This document shows, piece after piece, positions 1-7,530 of a DNA stretch of 32,000 nucleotides. The notes beneath the pieces were generated by a model. The model searched no databases, was not told where the DNA came from, and saw only the letters and a list, made by a program, of their open reading frames with translations. The stretch comes from Acholeplasma laidlawii PG-8A (GTDB lineage Bacteria > Bacillota_I > Bacilli_A > Acholeplasmatales > Acholeplasmataceae): NCBI RefSeq assembly GCF_000018785.1, contig NC_010163.1, positions 1,050,001 through 1,082,000 on the forward strand. The letters run 5' to 3'. Position 1 is the stretch's first letter. Each line of letters starts with the position of its first letter. The translations under genes were made by a program, and so were the position numbers.

Positions 1-289
1 GAATTAATTCCAAGCCATTTTCTTTAAAAAAAGCTAAAATTTCTAGTGGCCCGAATTGTTTTAATGCTGGATAAATAAACTTTTTATTTTGGATTGTTAG
101 GGTATCGATAAAATCTCTAATATTTAAATTATTGGTTACATTACAACGCTTACCACCAGTTAATAAAACCTTTTTACCCACTTGTTCATTTTTTTCTAGT
201 AAGACGTAGTTTATTTTTGCTTTTTCTAATTGGTTTGCGGCCATTAATCCTGCTGGTCCACCACCAATAATGATTACATCATATGTCAT
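1..289 (-). CDS. NAD(P)/FAD-dependent oxidoreductase, HI0933/YhiN (BaiN-like) family; N-terminal part, runs off the left edge
   Basis: My own translation from the ATG at 287-289 gives MTYDVIIIGGGPAGLMAANQLEKAKINYVLLEKNEQVGKKVLLTGGKRCNVTN... It has a GxGxxG dinucleotide fold and the TGGxRCNxTN motif typical of this flavoprotein family. Not in the ORF track because it is truncated. Confidence 0.75.
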   Translation of the reverse strand, partial: MTYDVIIIGGGPAGLMAANQLEKAKINYVLLEKNEQVGKKVLLTGGKRCNVTNNLNIRDFIDTLTIQNKKFIYPALKQFGPLEILAFFKENGLELI

Positions 290-344
290 ATATTTTGTTT
301 CCTTAATCTATCATTTAATATGTCTATTATACACTATAGCTGTA

Positions 345-376
345 AGTAAAAAGTGCATCAGCGGAAACTGATGCAC
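345..376 (-). terminator. Rho-independent terminator downstream of ktrA
   Basis: 9-bp stem gtgcatcag (353-361) / ctgatgcac (368-376) with a 6-nt loop, followed on the minus strand by a T-run (plus-strand aaaaa at 348-352). Confidence 0.75.
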
Positions 377-386
377 TTATTTAAAA

Positions 387-1055
387 TTACTTATTAAATA
401 TGCTAATTACTTTTGGTAAGTCTTTTTTTCTACCAAATATAAAGATTTCATCTAATGGTCTTAAAATAGAATCTTTATTAGGAACTAATATTTTGTTATT
501 ACGTTCTATAAGTAAAATGTTACTGCCATACATACTTCTTAAATCAAGTTCTGTAATCGGTGTTGGTTCAAAATCTTCTGGGATATTTATCTCAAAAACA
601 TCAAAATCATTTTTGATGTTAAAATAATCAACCACATTACCAAGGGCTATACGGTTTGCTACTCGTTCACTTGCAATACCTAGTGGACTTACAACATCTG
701 TAGCTCCAACAAGTTTTAAGATAGATGCATAATCTTCTTCATCTGCTCTTGCTGTGATTTGCTTTACACCTAGTTCTTTTAGCTTGATGATTGTAATAAT
801 ACTTGCAGTTAAGTTATTTCTTTCGTTTTGTCCAAAAGCAACAATTGCATGGTCCACATTAGAAATACCACTTGCTTTAAGTGCTTCTTCGTCTGTGGAA
901 TCACAAACAAAAACATTTGAAATGACTTCACTTGCCTTTTTAACTGAGTCTTTGTTATTATCAATTGCTATGAGTTCAACATTCAGTTTACTAAAACTAT
1001 CTACTAGGTTTAAGCCAAATCGGCTTAAACCAATGATACCTATTATTTTTTTCAT
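387..1055 (-). CDS. ktrA: Potassium uptake protein KtrA/TrkA, RCK (NAD-binding) peripheral subunit
   Basis: 222 aa. N-terminal Rossmann-like segment KKIIGIIGLSRFGLNLV, an RCK_N plus RCK_C layout, and a position directly downstream of the ktrB-like gene. Confidence 0.9.
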   Translation of the reverse strand: MKKIIGIIGLSRFGLNLVDSFSKLNVELIAIDNNKDSVKKASEVISNVFVCDSTDEEALKASGISNVDHAIVAFGQNERNNLTASIITIIKLKELGVKQITARADEEDYASILKLVGATDVVSPLGIASERVANRIALGNVVDYFNIKNDFDVFEINIPEDFEPTPITELDLRSMYGSNILLIERNNKILVPNKDSILRPLDEIFIFGRKKDLPKVISIFNK

Positions 1056-1062
1056 AAATTTG

Positions 1063-2388
1063 TCATCCTATCATCATTTTTTCTTCAATATATTCGATAC
1101 TGTCCATACCTTTTTTATACCATTGGGTATTAAAAATGCTAATGATTGTTATCGGTCCAACTCTACCTATAAACATGACTATACTCAAGACTATTTTAGA
1201 AGCATTTGACAATGTAGGTGTTAGATTCATGGATAACCCGACGTTAGCGAATGCTGATATGACTTCAAATATTGCTTTTTCTAAATCAATATTTTCCATC
1301 ATTATTATCAGTGATGTAGCTACCAAAACAATCATAATCGCAGTAGTTAATAAAATGCTAGCTTTATGCCTAGTTTCATCAGTAATTAAACGGTTATGTG
1401 TCGTCGTAGTTTTTCCTTTAGCATAACTTGTCGTACTTTTAAACAGTGCATATAGTGTCGTAGTCTTAATCCCACCACCTGTGGAGGATGGAGATGCTCC
1501 GATAAACATTAAAACCATTAGAATAAGTGCTGTTAAGGAAGATATGGTACCCATATTGATTGTTGTAAAACCTGCAGTTCTAGCTGTTACACTTAAGAAA
1601 AAGGCTTCTAATACATTTAAGTTTTTACCATCTACTTTACTTAGTAGGAAAAACCCAAAACCTAAACTCCATAACACTAAATTGACCTTAAGTACAATTT
1701 TTGAGTGTATCATCAATTTCTTATACGATTTCTTAGTTAATATATCATTTAACACAATAAACCCTAGACCACCAAGCATAATTAAGATTGCAGTACTTAA
1801 ATTAAGCAATACATGTCCATTATAACCTTGAAGACTTTGATCACCTAAAATATCAAACCCAGCATTATTAAAACTTGATACCGCATGAAATAAACTGAGT
1901 CCTATTGCATCAACAAGCTCATATTGTGGAACAAAGACAATCATATTGGCTATAAAGCCAAAACTTTCAATGACGAGTGTAAAGATAATAATCTTTTTAA
2001 CTAATTTAACCATACCCGATAAACTGGTTTGGTTAAAACTTTCTTTGATTAATATTCTGTTTGATAAACCTATTTTTGCTCCAATTAGATACATGACAAA
2101 AACTGATATGGTGATTACACTTAATCCACCGATTTGAATAAGTATACCTAATACGACTTTACCAAATGGACTAAGTAGCGTGGATAAGTTTGCCACTGGT
2201 GATAATCCAGTAATAGTCACAGCAGATGTTGAAATAAAAAGTGCATCTACAAAACTCAAATGTCCCTGTGCCTGTTTTGATATCGGTAGTATGAGTAAAA
2301 TACCACCTATTAATATAATAGATAGAAACGATAAAACAATTATGATGTATGGTGAAATTTTCTTCATTATTATAATCATCTTTCTCAT
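1063..2388 (-). CDS. ktrB: Potassium transporter KtrB/TrkH family, membrane subunit
   Basis: 441 aa and polytopic, with repeated pore-loop-like segments (TITGLS, NAGFD, RTAGFTT, NVGLS) typical of TrkH/KtrB. Start is uncertain among M1, M4 and M8; MKKISPY at 2367 is also possible. Confidence 0.9.
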   Translation of the reverse strand: MRKMIIIMKKISPYIIIVLSFLSIILIGGILLILPISKQAQGHLSFVDALFISTSAVTITGLSPVANLSTLLSPFGKVVLGILIQIGGLSVITISVFVMYLIGAKIGLSNRILIKESFNQTSLSGMVKLVKKIIIFTLVIESFGFIANMIVFVPQYELVDAIGLSLFHAVSSFNNAGFDILGDQSLQGYNGHVLLNLSTAILIMLGGLGFIVLNDILTKKSYKKLMIHSKIVLKVNLVLWSLGFGFFLLSKVDGKNLNVLEAFFLSVTARTAGFTTINMGTISSLTALILMVLMFIGASPSSTGGGIKTTTLYALFKSTTSYAKGKTTTTHNRLITDETRHKASILLTTAIMIVLVATSLIIMMENIDLEKAIFEVISAFANVGLSMNLTPTLSNASKIVLSIVMFIGRVGPITIISIFNTQWYKKGMDSIEYIEEKMMIG

Positions 2389-2553
2389 ATTAAAACTGTA
2401 GTCTTTACAGTAACATATTTAATTATACCCTTAATTAGATAATATTGCTCAATTTTTGGTAATCGTAATCACTGAATCTCGTTCAAATGTACACATTAAA
2501 AAGACTTATATTCTGCAACTTATTCCCATAAACATGAATCTTATTCTTATTTA

Positions 2554-2581
2554 TTGATTTCAAAAGAAATTGATTTATAAT
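2554..2581 (+). promoter_or_regulatory. Candidate sigma70-type promoter for the 2632 membrane-protein gene
   Basis: TTGATT (2554-2559), 16-nt spacer, TATAAT (2576-2581), about 50 nt upstream of the ATG. Confidence 0.4.
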
Positions 2582-2631
2582 ATTTCTTGCGTATTGGTTT
2601 TTATGACCAGTGAAAGGATTTATTAAATAAC

Positions 2632-3441
2632 ATGAAATACCTATTAGACTTACTCAACTCTGACATGATAAAGCCTGAAGCCTATCAGTCTTTATCAAAA
2701 AGTTGGTTTCACTACTTATCTTTAGTTATTACGATATTAGTGATCATTAAACTTACTAAAACATTTAAAACTGCTGATGATATAAAATTAAAACGAATGC
2801 TACTTGTTTTTGGAATTGTGATGTTAATATTAGAAATTTATAAACAAATCATCTTTACTTACCAAGTAAATGCTTACCAGTGGTATGCCTTTCCATTCCA
2901 GTTTTGTTCAACGCCCATGTATTTATTTGTTATCTACGGACTTAATAAGAACAAAAAAGTGGATCAATACTTATTATCATTTCTAGCAACTTATAGTACC
3001 TTTGCAGGTATTGCAGTCATGCTATACCCTGCAGATGTCTTTATAGAAACAATTGGAATCAATATTCAAACCATAGTACATCACGGCCTTATGGCTGCAG
3101 TAGGATTTAGTTTACTTCTAACTAAAGCAAAGATATCCTTTAAATACTTCTTAAAGGGTAGTGCAGTATTCTCAGTACTAATGGTTATAGCGATGATCAT
3201 GAACTGGGTGTTTAATATGCAAGGCATTGATGCAACATTTAATATGTTCTTTATCAATGAAAGATTTGGTTCTCATTTACCTATCTTAATGGATATTGAA
3301 CCACTGGTACCGCATCTAGCATTCTTAGCCATATACCTCTTTGGGTTTAGTTTTGTTGCAAGTATTATCTTCATGATAGGTTATCTATTTAGAACTATCA
3401 TTTATAAAGAAAAATATAAATTAATCGATCTATTTCAATAA
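2632..3441 (+). CDS. Multi-pass integral membrane protein, function unknown
   Basis: 269 aa with about 7 hydrophobic segments and no motif I can name with confidence. It has its own promoter-like element and a downstream hairpin. Confidence 0.7.
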   Translation: MKYLLDLLNSDMIKPEAYQSLSKSWFHYLSLVITILVIIKLTKTFKTADDIKLKRMLLVFGIVMLILEIYKQIIFTYQVNAYQWYAFPFQFCSTPMYLFVIYGLNKNKKVDQYLLSFLATYSTFAGIAVMLYPADVFIETIGINIQTIVHHGLMAAVGFSLLLTKAKISFKYFLKGSAVFSVLMVIAMIMNWVFNMQGIDATFNMFFINERFGSHLPILMDIEPLVPHLAFLAIYLFGFSFVASIIFMIGYLFRTIIYKEKYKLIDLFQ

Positions 3442-3480
3442 AGTAGTGATCCCAAAGAATTTGGGTTTGCTACTTTTATT
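3442..3480 (+). terminator. Probable terminator after the membrane-protein gene
   Basis: Composite hairpin agtag..cccaaa gaa tttggg..ctact (3442-3474) followed by tttatt. Confidence 0.5.
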
Positions 3481-3518
3481 ATTTATTGCATACATTTCAT
3501 GTTTTTTACCTTCTTAAT

Positions 3519-3542
3519 ATATACTATGTGATATACTATGTG
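3519..3542 (+). repeat. Perfect 12-bp tandem duplication (atatactatgtg x2) in the ldh promoter/leader
   Basis: 3519-3530 is identical to 3531-3542. It lies immediately upstream of the AGGAGG RBS of ldh. Confidence 0.9.
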
Positions 3543-3557
3543 TATAGGAGGCATTTC

Positions 3558-4502
3558 ATGAAAAATAGAGTTGTTATTGTAGGTACTGGTTTTGTAGGCA
3601 TGAGCTATGCTTATGCACTTTTAAACCAAGGAACTTTAGAAGAAATTATATTAGTAGATATTGATTCAAGAAAAGCCGAAGGTGAGGCAATGGATTTAAA
3701 CCATGGGCTAGCGTTTGCACCAAGAAAGATGCTCATTCGTTCTGGTACATATGAAGATTGTAAGGATGCTAAACTAGTTGTTATTACAGCAGGCGTTAAT
3801 CAAAAAGATGGAGAAACAAGAATTGATCTTTTAAACAGAAATGCTAAGATTATGCAGTCTGTTGTAAAAGAGATTATGAAACATGGTTTTAACGGCATCT
3901 TTTTAGTTGCAACAAACCCGGTGGATATCTTAACCTATATTGTATGGAAATCCTCTGGATTACCATCAAATAGAGTCATTGGTAGTGGTACTTCTCTTGA
4001 TACTGCAAGACTTCGTTATGAGATATCTCAATACATCAACATTGATGTTCGAAACATCCATGCATATATCTTAGGTGAACATGGAGATTCTGAGTTTGTT
4101 TGTTGGTCAAATGCCTTTGTTGGCGTTAAACCTTTAAAAGATGTTATAGACTCCATGCCTGCACAAATAAAGTTTTCTGATTTAGATAAGATTTACCTTG
4201 ACGTAAAAAATTCAGCCTATGAAATTATCCAAAGAAAAAGAGCCACTTATTATGGTATTGGTATGGCCTTAGTACGTATAACAAAGGCTATTTTCAATAA
4301 TGAAAACAGAATTCTACCCATATCAGTATTTAACGATGATGACTATGATATTGATAATCTCTATATTGGCTTACCAGCTGTATTAAATGAAAATGGGGTA
4401 GACCATGTAGTAAAACTTAATTTAAATGATGAAGAGTTAAAATCACTTAAAAAATCTTCAAGTATATTAAAACATAGTATAGATTCCATCACTTTAGAAT
4501 AG
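3558..4502 (+). CDS. ldh: L-lactate dehydrogenase
   Basis: MKNRVVIVGTGFVGMSYAYAL (GxGxxG), ITAGVNQKDGETRIDL, GSGTSLDTARLR and LGEHGDSEF (catalytic His). The start was moved from the ORF-track 3486 to the ATG at 3558, which is preceded by the AGGAGG RBS. Confidence 0.95.
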   Translation: MKNRVVIVGTGFVGMSYAYALLNQGTLEEIILVDIDSRKAEGEAMDLNHGLAFAPRKMLIRSGTYEDCKDAKLVVITAGVNQKDGETRIDLLNRNAKIMQSVVKEIMKHGFNGIFLVATNPVDILTYIVWKSSGLPSNRVIGSGTSLDTARLRYEISQYINIDVRNIHAYILGEHGDSEFVCWSNAFVGVKPLKDVIDSMPAQIKFSDLDKIYLDVKNSAYEIIQRKRATYYGIGMALVRITKAIFNNENRILPISVFNDDDYDIDNLYIGLPAVLNENGVDHVVKLNLNDEELKSLKKSSSILKHSIDSITLE

Positions 4503-4505
4503 ACA

Positions 4506-4540
4506 AAGGATAAGCCTTCTAAGGCTTATCCTTTATTTTT
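4506..4540. terminator. Bidirectional terminator shared by the convergent ldh and 153-aa ORF
   Basis: 11-bp stem aaggataagcc (4506-4516) / ggcttatcctt (4523-4533) with loop ttctaa and tattttt on the plus strand. The stop codon of the minus-strand ORF lies inside the right arm. Confidence 0.8.
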
Positions 4541-4987
4541 CATAACTTCTAATATAGGTTTTAGATCACGAAATAATTCTAATGGAAATATACTAGTATC
4601 TAAATATAATGCGAAGTTCTTTCTTATATAGTGCATGTACTCTTTAGCATTTTTTAGATAACTGTAAGAAAGTTCATAATCATCAATTACTGATGCAATC
4701 ATTAAATTTTCAAATACACTTACAATCAGATCGTTATATACTGGAGTTGGTGGATTTAGTAAGTCAATTTCTTCCCTAATATAATCATCTATTTTAGATA
4801 AATACTCAAATAAAGATTTTTTTGACATAAATACATCTTGACTACTTTTAAGTAGTTCAATAAGTAATTTATCCATTTTTACCTTATCTTTTATCATGTA
4901 ATCTGGATAATTGTCTTTATCATCCTTAGCTTTAACTCTAATGCCATCTAAATATTTTAGAAGTTCATTCTTTAATTCATTTTTCAT
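4526..4987 (-). CDS. Hypothetical all-helical cytoplasmic protein (153 aa)
   Basis: Long ORF with no signal peptide and no recognisable motif. The ORF-track start at 4993 is GTG; the first ATG is at 4985-4987 (MKNELKNELL...) with a weak purine-rich RBS, AGAAAGAAG. Confidence 0.6.
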   Translation of the reverse strand: MKNELKNELLKYLDGIRVKAKDDKDNYPDYMIKDKVKMDKLLIELLKSSQDVFMSKKSLFEYLSKIDDYIREEIDLLNPPTPVYNDLIVSVFENLMIASVIDDYELSYSYLKNAKEYMHYIRKNFALYLDTSIFPLELFRDLKPILEVMKNKG

Positions 4988-5004
4988 ATACACTTCTTTC
5001 TACC

Positions 5005-5035
5005 AAAAAGAAAGACGCCATCACATGATGGCGTC
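5005..5035 (-). terminator. Strong intrinsic terminator or attenuator 18 nt upstream of the 153-aa ORF start
   Basis: 9-bp GC-rich stem gacgccatc (5014-5022) / gatggcgtc (5027-5035) with a 4-nt loop, followed on the minus strand by UUUCUUUUU (5005-5013). Confidence 0.75.
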
Positions 5036-5146
5036 CATTAGATAAGTTTATCTTATGTATCCATCATTCAAGCATTAGCACCTTACTTAGTTTTGCAGGT
5101 TGCTGAAGGGTCATAGAGCTTGTCTCTAACCTTCTCTTTATGGTAG
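5005..5146 (-). ncRNA. Candidate ~140-nt small RNA or cis-acting leader (class unknown)
   Basis: Bounded by a near-consensus promoter (5151-5178) and the terminator at 5005-5035. The longest ATG ORF inside is 16 codons with no proper RBS. Helices visible by eye include AGGUU/AACCU and AGAG-ACAAG-CUCU. Confidence 0.35.
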
Positions 5147-5150
5147 TTTT

Positions 5151-5178
5151 ATTTTAACTTAAATTAATTAATTGTCAA
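5151..5178 (-). promoter_or_regulatory. Near-consensus sigma70-type promoter
   Basis: On the minus strand: TTGACA (5173-5178), 16-nt spacer, TAAAAT (5151-5156). It starts 26 nt after the stop of the upstream regulator gene. Confidence 0.55.
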
Positions 5179-5203
5179 CTATAATATTCAAATAATAATA
5201 ACT

Positions 5204-6124
5204 TTATCTAAGTAATGATGATTCAATTGATAGTGTATAATCAATTAAAAACTGATCGACATCTAAATTAAACCCGTGTCTAATTAAGTCTTTATATGCT
5301 TCATGTGCATAGGTAGAATGAATTACAAGTGAATTCATAAGTGCTTTATAAAGGTATGAATCGCGCATTTTATAATCATGTTTTACATGATATAAAAATG
5401 CGTGATAAGTCTCCAGACTGGTTTCATAGTTTTTGACATTGATATAGATAAAATATGCTTCGAATTTCTTAAGTATTTGTTCATAAATATCAAAATCAAT
5501 CGTTTCTTGCTGGGTCATAAAACTTAAGAATTTATCCATAAGCATGATATAGAAGAATAACGATAGATTAGAATTATAGTCAATGAGCATTTGACCAAAC
5601 TTCTTAGGATCAATTATGTTATCTTCTTTAAAATAACTATGGTAGATAAACTTAATTAAGTGGACAATTAAATTCTCTGTACCAAGTGATTTAAGTGATT
5701 CTAAAATCACTTGGTAGTGTATTTTAAATTCGTCTTTAGTAATCTTGTTAATTAAGTACTCAAACTCTAATTTAAATGCTTCTACCATGAGTGTTTCTAT
5801 TTTGTTATCGGATTTATATTTTAAGATAAGTTCATAAATAGGACCAATATCCATGAAGTGATACATGTGCACTCTAATAGCAAATCTATTCACACCAGTA
5901 TCCGACTTATCAAAGTGAATCATATAGGTCATGAATTGACCCATACCCGTATCTAATCTATCTAATAGTCTTGAAAAGATAGTAAAGTTAACTTTTGACC
6001 CATTTTTAATTTGTCTAAGATATGTTCTTTCTGAAATGATACCTTCACATAGATCAGCTATTGTATAGCCTTTGGCAATTCTTAATTCATCTAATAATTT
6101 ATAATAACTACCATATTTTTCCAT
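5204..6124 (-). CDS. Rgg/RRNPP-like transcriptional regulator: N-terminal XRE-type HTH plus long helical-repeat C-terminal domain (paralog 2)
   Basis: The N-terminus YYKLLDELRIAKGYTIADLCEGIISERTYLRQIKNGSKVNFTIFSRLLDRLD matches the Rgg/MutR/PlcR-style HTH pattern, and size (306 aa) is typical. The start was chosen at ATG 6122-6124 (RBS AAGGGA 9 nt upstream) rather than 6142. It overlaps the upstream paralog by 17 nt. Confidence 0.7.
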   Translation of the reverse strand: MEKYGSYYKLLDELRIAKGYTIADLCEGIISERTYLRQIKNGSKVNFTIFSRLLDRLDTGMGQFMTYMIHFDKSDTGVNRFAIRVHMYHFMDIGPIYELILKYKSDNKIETLMVEAFKLEFEYLINKITKDEFKIHYQVILESLKSLGTENLIVHLIKFIYHSYFKEDNIIDPKKFGQMLIDYNSNLSLFFYIMLMDKFLSFMTQQETIDFDIYEQILKKFEAYFIYINVKNYETSLETYHAFLYHVKHDYKMRDSYLYKALMNSLVIHSTYAHEAYKDLIRHGFNLDVDQFLIDYTLSIESSLLR

Positions 6125-7079
6125 GTTTAAGCATCCCTTCATACATCGTATTTTGTTGATACAAACCTTTTTTTAAATAGTTTTTAAAGATTATCATATC
6201 TTCTTTAGTTACATCTAACTTATGCGGAATTGCTCCCTTTTCAAATACACTTAAATAAGAACTGATGTAACTAAATATGATAAAGTCATTTTCTAAGTTC
6301 TTTTCTTTTTGGAATTGATAAAGTATTCTAAATATTTTATGATCAAATACTGTACCTCTAAATTTAGTATGATAATCTAGTGCTCCAACGACTATTTTTT
6401 CTAAACGGTTTAATTCTTCATCATCTAATTTGTCAAGCAAGGTAAATGATAAGATACCTGTTACATGAATGATTGTTTTAGATATTTCTGTATACGAGTA
6501 ATAATGTCTAAAACTTGGATCAAATATTACTTTATATATAAAGTTTCCAATTTGTCTTCTTTCACTATCACCTACTAAATAAACAAAACTATAAAGTATA
6601 CCAGATATACCATCATCAATGATTCTACTTTCTAGTATGCTCTTTAAATCAAACTTTTGATGTAAATTTCTTAAAGATACTTCTTTAGATTGTTTATTTA
6701 ATTTATAAAGCATAAGTTCTATAGTTGCAGGTACAGATTTAGCACCAAATATCGTTTTAAGTTCTTTACCCATTACACCTGGATAAAACTCATCATATGC
6801 TTTTTGATAGTTTTCTCTTAAGATCGTTAAGAAGAAACTGGACTCCATTGGAAATTGACCTTCAATACTATTGACAACATAAAGAGAAAACTCTAAAAAA
6901 GGTATGGAAAGCTTTTCTAGTAATTTATTTAAATCATAAAAAGAAATACTTGCTTCATCATTTAATAATCTCGTATAGGTCTTTCTTGACATTATACCTT
7001 GAACTAAATCTTGTATCTTAATCTTGTGATTCGCTCTAATCGAATCTAGTGTTTTCATAATGTCTATACTTTCAAACAT
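6108..7079 (-). CDS. Rgg/RRNPP-like transcriptional regulator: N-terminal XRE-type HTH plus long helical-repeat C-terminal domain (paralog 1)
   Basis: The N-terminus LDSIRANHKIKIQDLVQGIMSRKTYTRLLNDEASISFYDLNKLLEKLSIPFLEF aligns with paralog 2 (L.D..R..K..I.DL..GI.S..TY.R.......F....LL..L). 323 aa, with RBS AGGGGGA upstream of ATG 7079. Confidence 0.7.
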   Translation of the reverse strand: MFESIDIMKTLDSIRANHKIKIQDLVQGIMSRKTYTRLLNDEASISFYDLNKLLEKLSIPFLEFSLYVVNSIEGQFPMESSFFLTILRENYQKAYDEFYPGVMGKELKTIFGAKSVPATIELMLYKLNKQSKEVSLRNLHQKFDLKSILESRIIDDGISGILYSFVYLVGDSERRQIGNFIYKVIFDPSFRHYYSYTEISKTIIHVTGILSFTLLDKLDDEELNRLEKIVVGALDYHTKFRGTVFDHKIFRILYQFQKEKNLENDFIIFSYISSYLSVFEKGAIPHKLDVTKEDMIIFKNYLKKGLYQQNTMYEGMLKHGKIW

Positions 7080-7181
7080 ATATCCCCCTAACCTTTATAG
7101 AAAGAAAAGAACCTCTTTTTAATAAAAGTATATGTGCAAAAAATAGTATTCTGGATGTTATAAGCGTCATGATATATGAAT

Positions 7182-7190
7182 ATTGTATCA
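7182..7190 (-). promoter_or_regulatory. Possible extended -10 promoter for the regulator pair
   Basis: The minus strand reads TGATACAAT (TGn + TACAAT), about 95 nt upstream of ATG 7079. I found no good -35. Confidence 0.3.
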
Positions 7191-7245
7191 CGTTAAGACA
7201 ATTTATGAAAATAATACCTAACATTTACATAAATATATGGGCTAT

Positions 7246-7329
7246 AAAAAAATAGTATGCCACCTTAAAACTCTCCCCTGACTAACTTGATTCTCCCAAG
7301 TTGACCCGACTTTTAAGGTGGCATACTAT
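7246..7329 (-). terminator. Perfect 19-bp inverted repeat enclosing a 40-nt structured insert, followed by U6 on the minus strand (terminator-like)
   Basis: Arms atagtatgccaccttaaaa (7252-7270) / ttttaaggtggcatactat (7311-7329). Inner hairpin aacttg/caagtt. A-run at 7246-7251 gives U6 on the minus strand. Confidence 0.5.
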
Positions 7330-7526
7330 ATCCTCTTTTTACTTCTTTATTTGAAAGAAGCGACTTCCTACTTTTTAAGTGCTATATGTCCCCTATACCC
7401 TTTAATCGTAAGAATTAGTTAATATAATTAACTGAAGGATTCCTGATTACAAGATTCCTCACTATTATTGTAGCACCTACATTTAAGTAATCATATGACA
7501 AAACTGTCCCAAATCCTTTTATAAAG
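7246..7526 (-). ncRNA. Candidate ~280-nt non-coding or micro-peptide transcript between the secreted-protein gene and the regulator pair
   Basis: The promoter at 7531-7559 and the terminator-like structure at 7246-7329 delimit a unit. It contains no ATG ORF longer than 3 codons downstream of the predicted start site. Confidence 0.3.
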
Positions 7527-7530
7527 GTAA

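Noticed and set aside
400-2401. Plus-strand ORFs antisense to ktrA/ktrB (400-627, 754-1209, 1136-1426, 1481-1825, 1946-2137, 2180-2401)
   Set aside because: They lie entirely inside well-supported minus-strand genes, have no RBS, and have compositions typical of antisense frames in AT-rich DNA.
2389-2631. c-di-AMP (ydaO/kimA-type) riboswitch upstream of ktrB
   Set aside because: I looked for this because ktr/kimA genes often carry it. The leader is short and AT-rich, with only a 6-bp hairpin (actgta/tacagt) and none of the conserved G/C-rich cores.
3486-3557. 24-codon N-terminal extension of ldh in the ORF track (MHTFHVFYLLNIYYVIYYVYRRHF)
   Set aside because: The extension covers the tandem repeat and the AGGAGG RBS. 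The canonical LDH N-terminus MKNRVVIVGTG starts at 3558.
5036-5146. TPP riboswitch or SRP RNA identity for the ~140-nt unit
   Set aside because: ACCCUUCAGCAACCUGC superficially resembles the thi-box ACCCUUUGAACCUGA. The CUGAGA element and the GGGGUGC/P2 pairing are missing, and the downstream gene is not thiamine-related. There is no SRP domain IV motif either.
7252-7329. SRP (4.5S/scRNA) or T-box identity for the long hairpin
   Set aside because: GUCGGGUC and AGUCAGG vaguely recall the SRP domain IV strands. However, there is no GNRA tetraloop or AGCA motif in the right geometry. GGUGGCA lies on the wrong strand of the stem for a T-box, and the downstream genes are regulators, not aminoacyl-tRNA-related genes.
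7252-7329. Invertible promoter switch or MITE
   Set aside because: The 40 bp between the inverted repeats is too short for a typical invertible promoter, and no recombinase lies nearby. The MITE reading cannot be supported from a single copy in this window. It remains an alternative in the findings.
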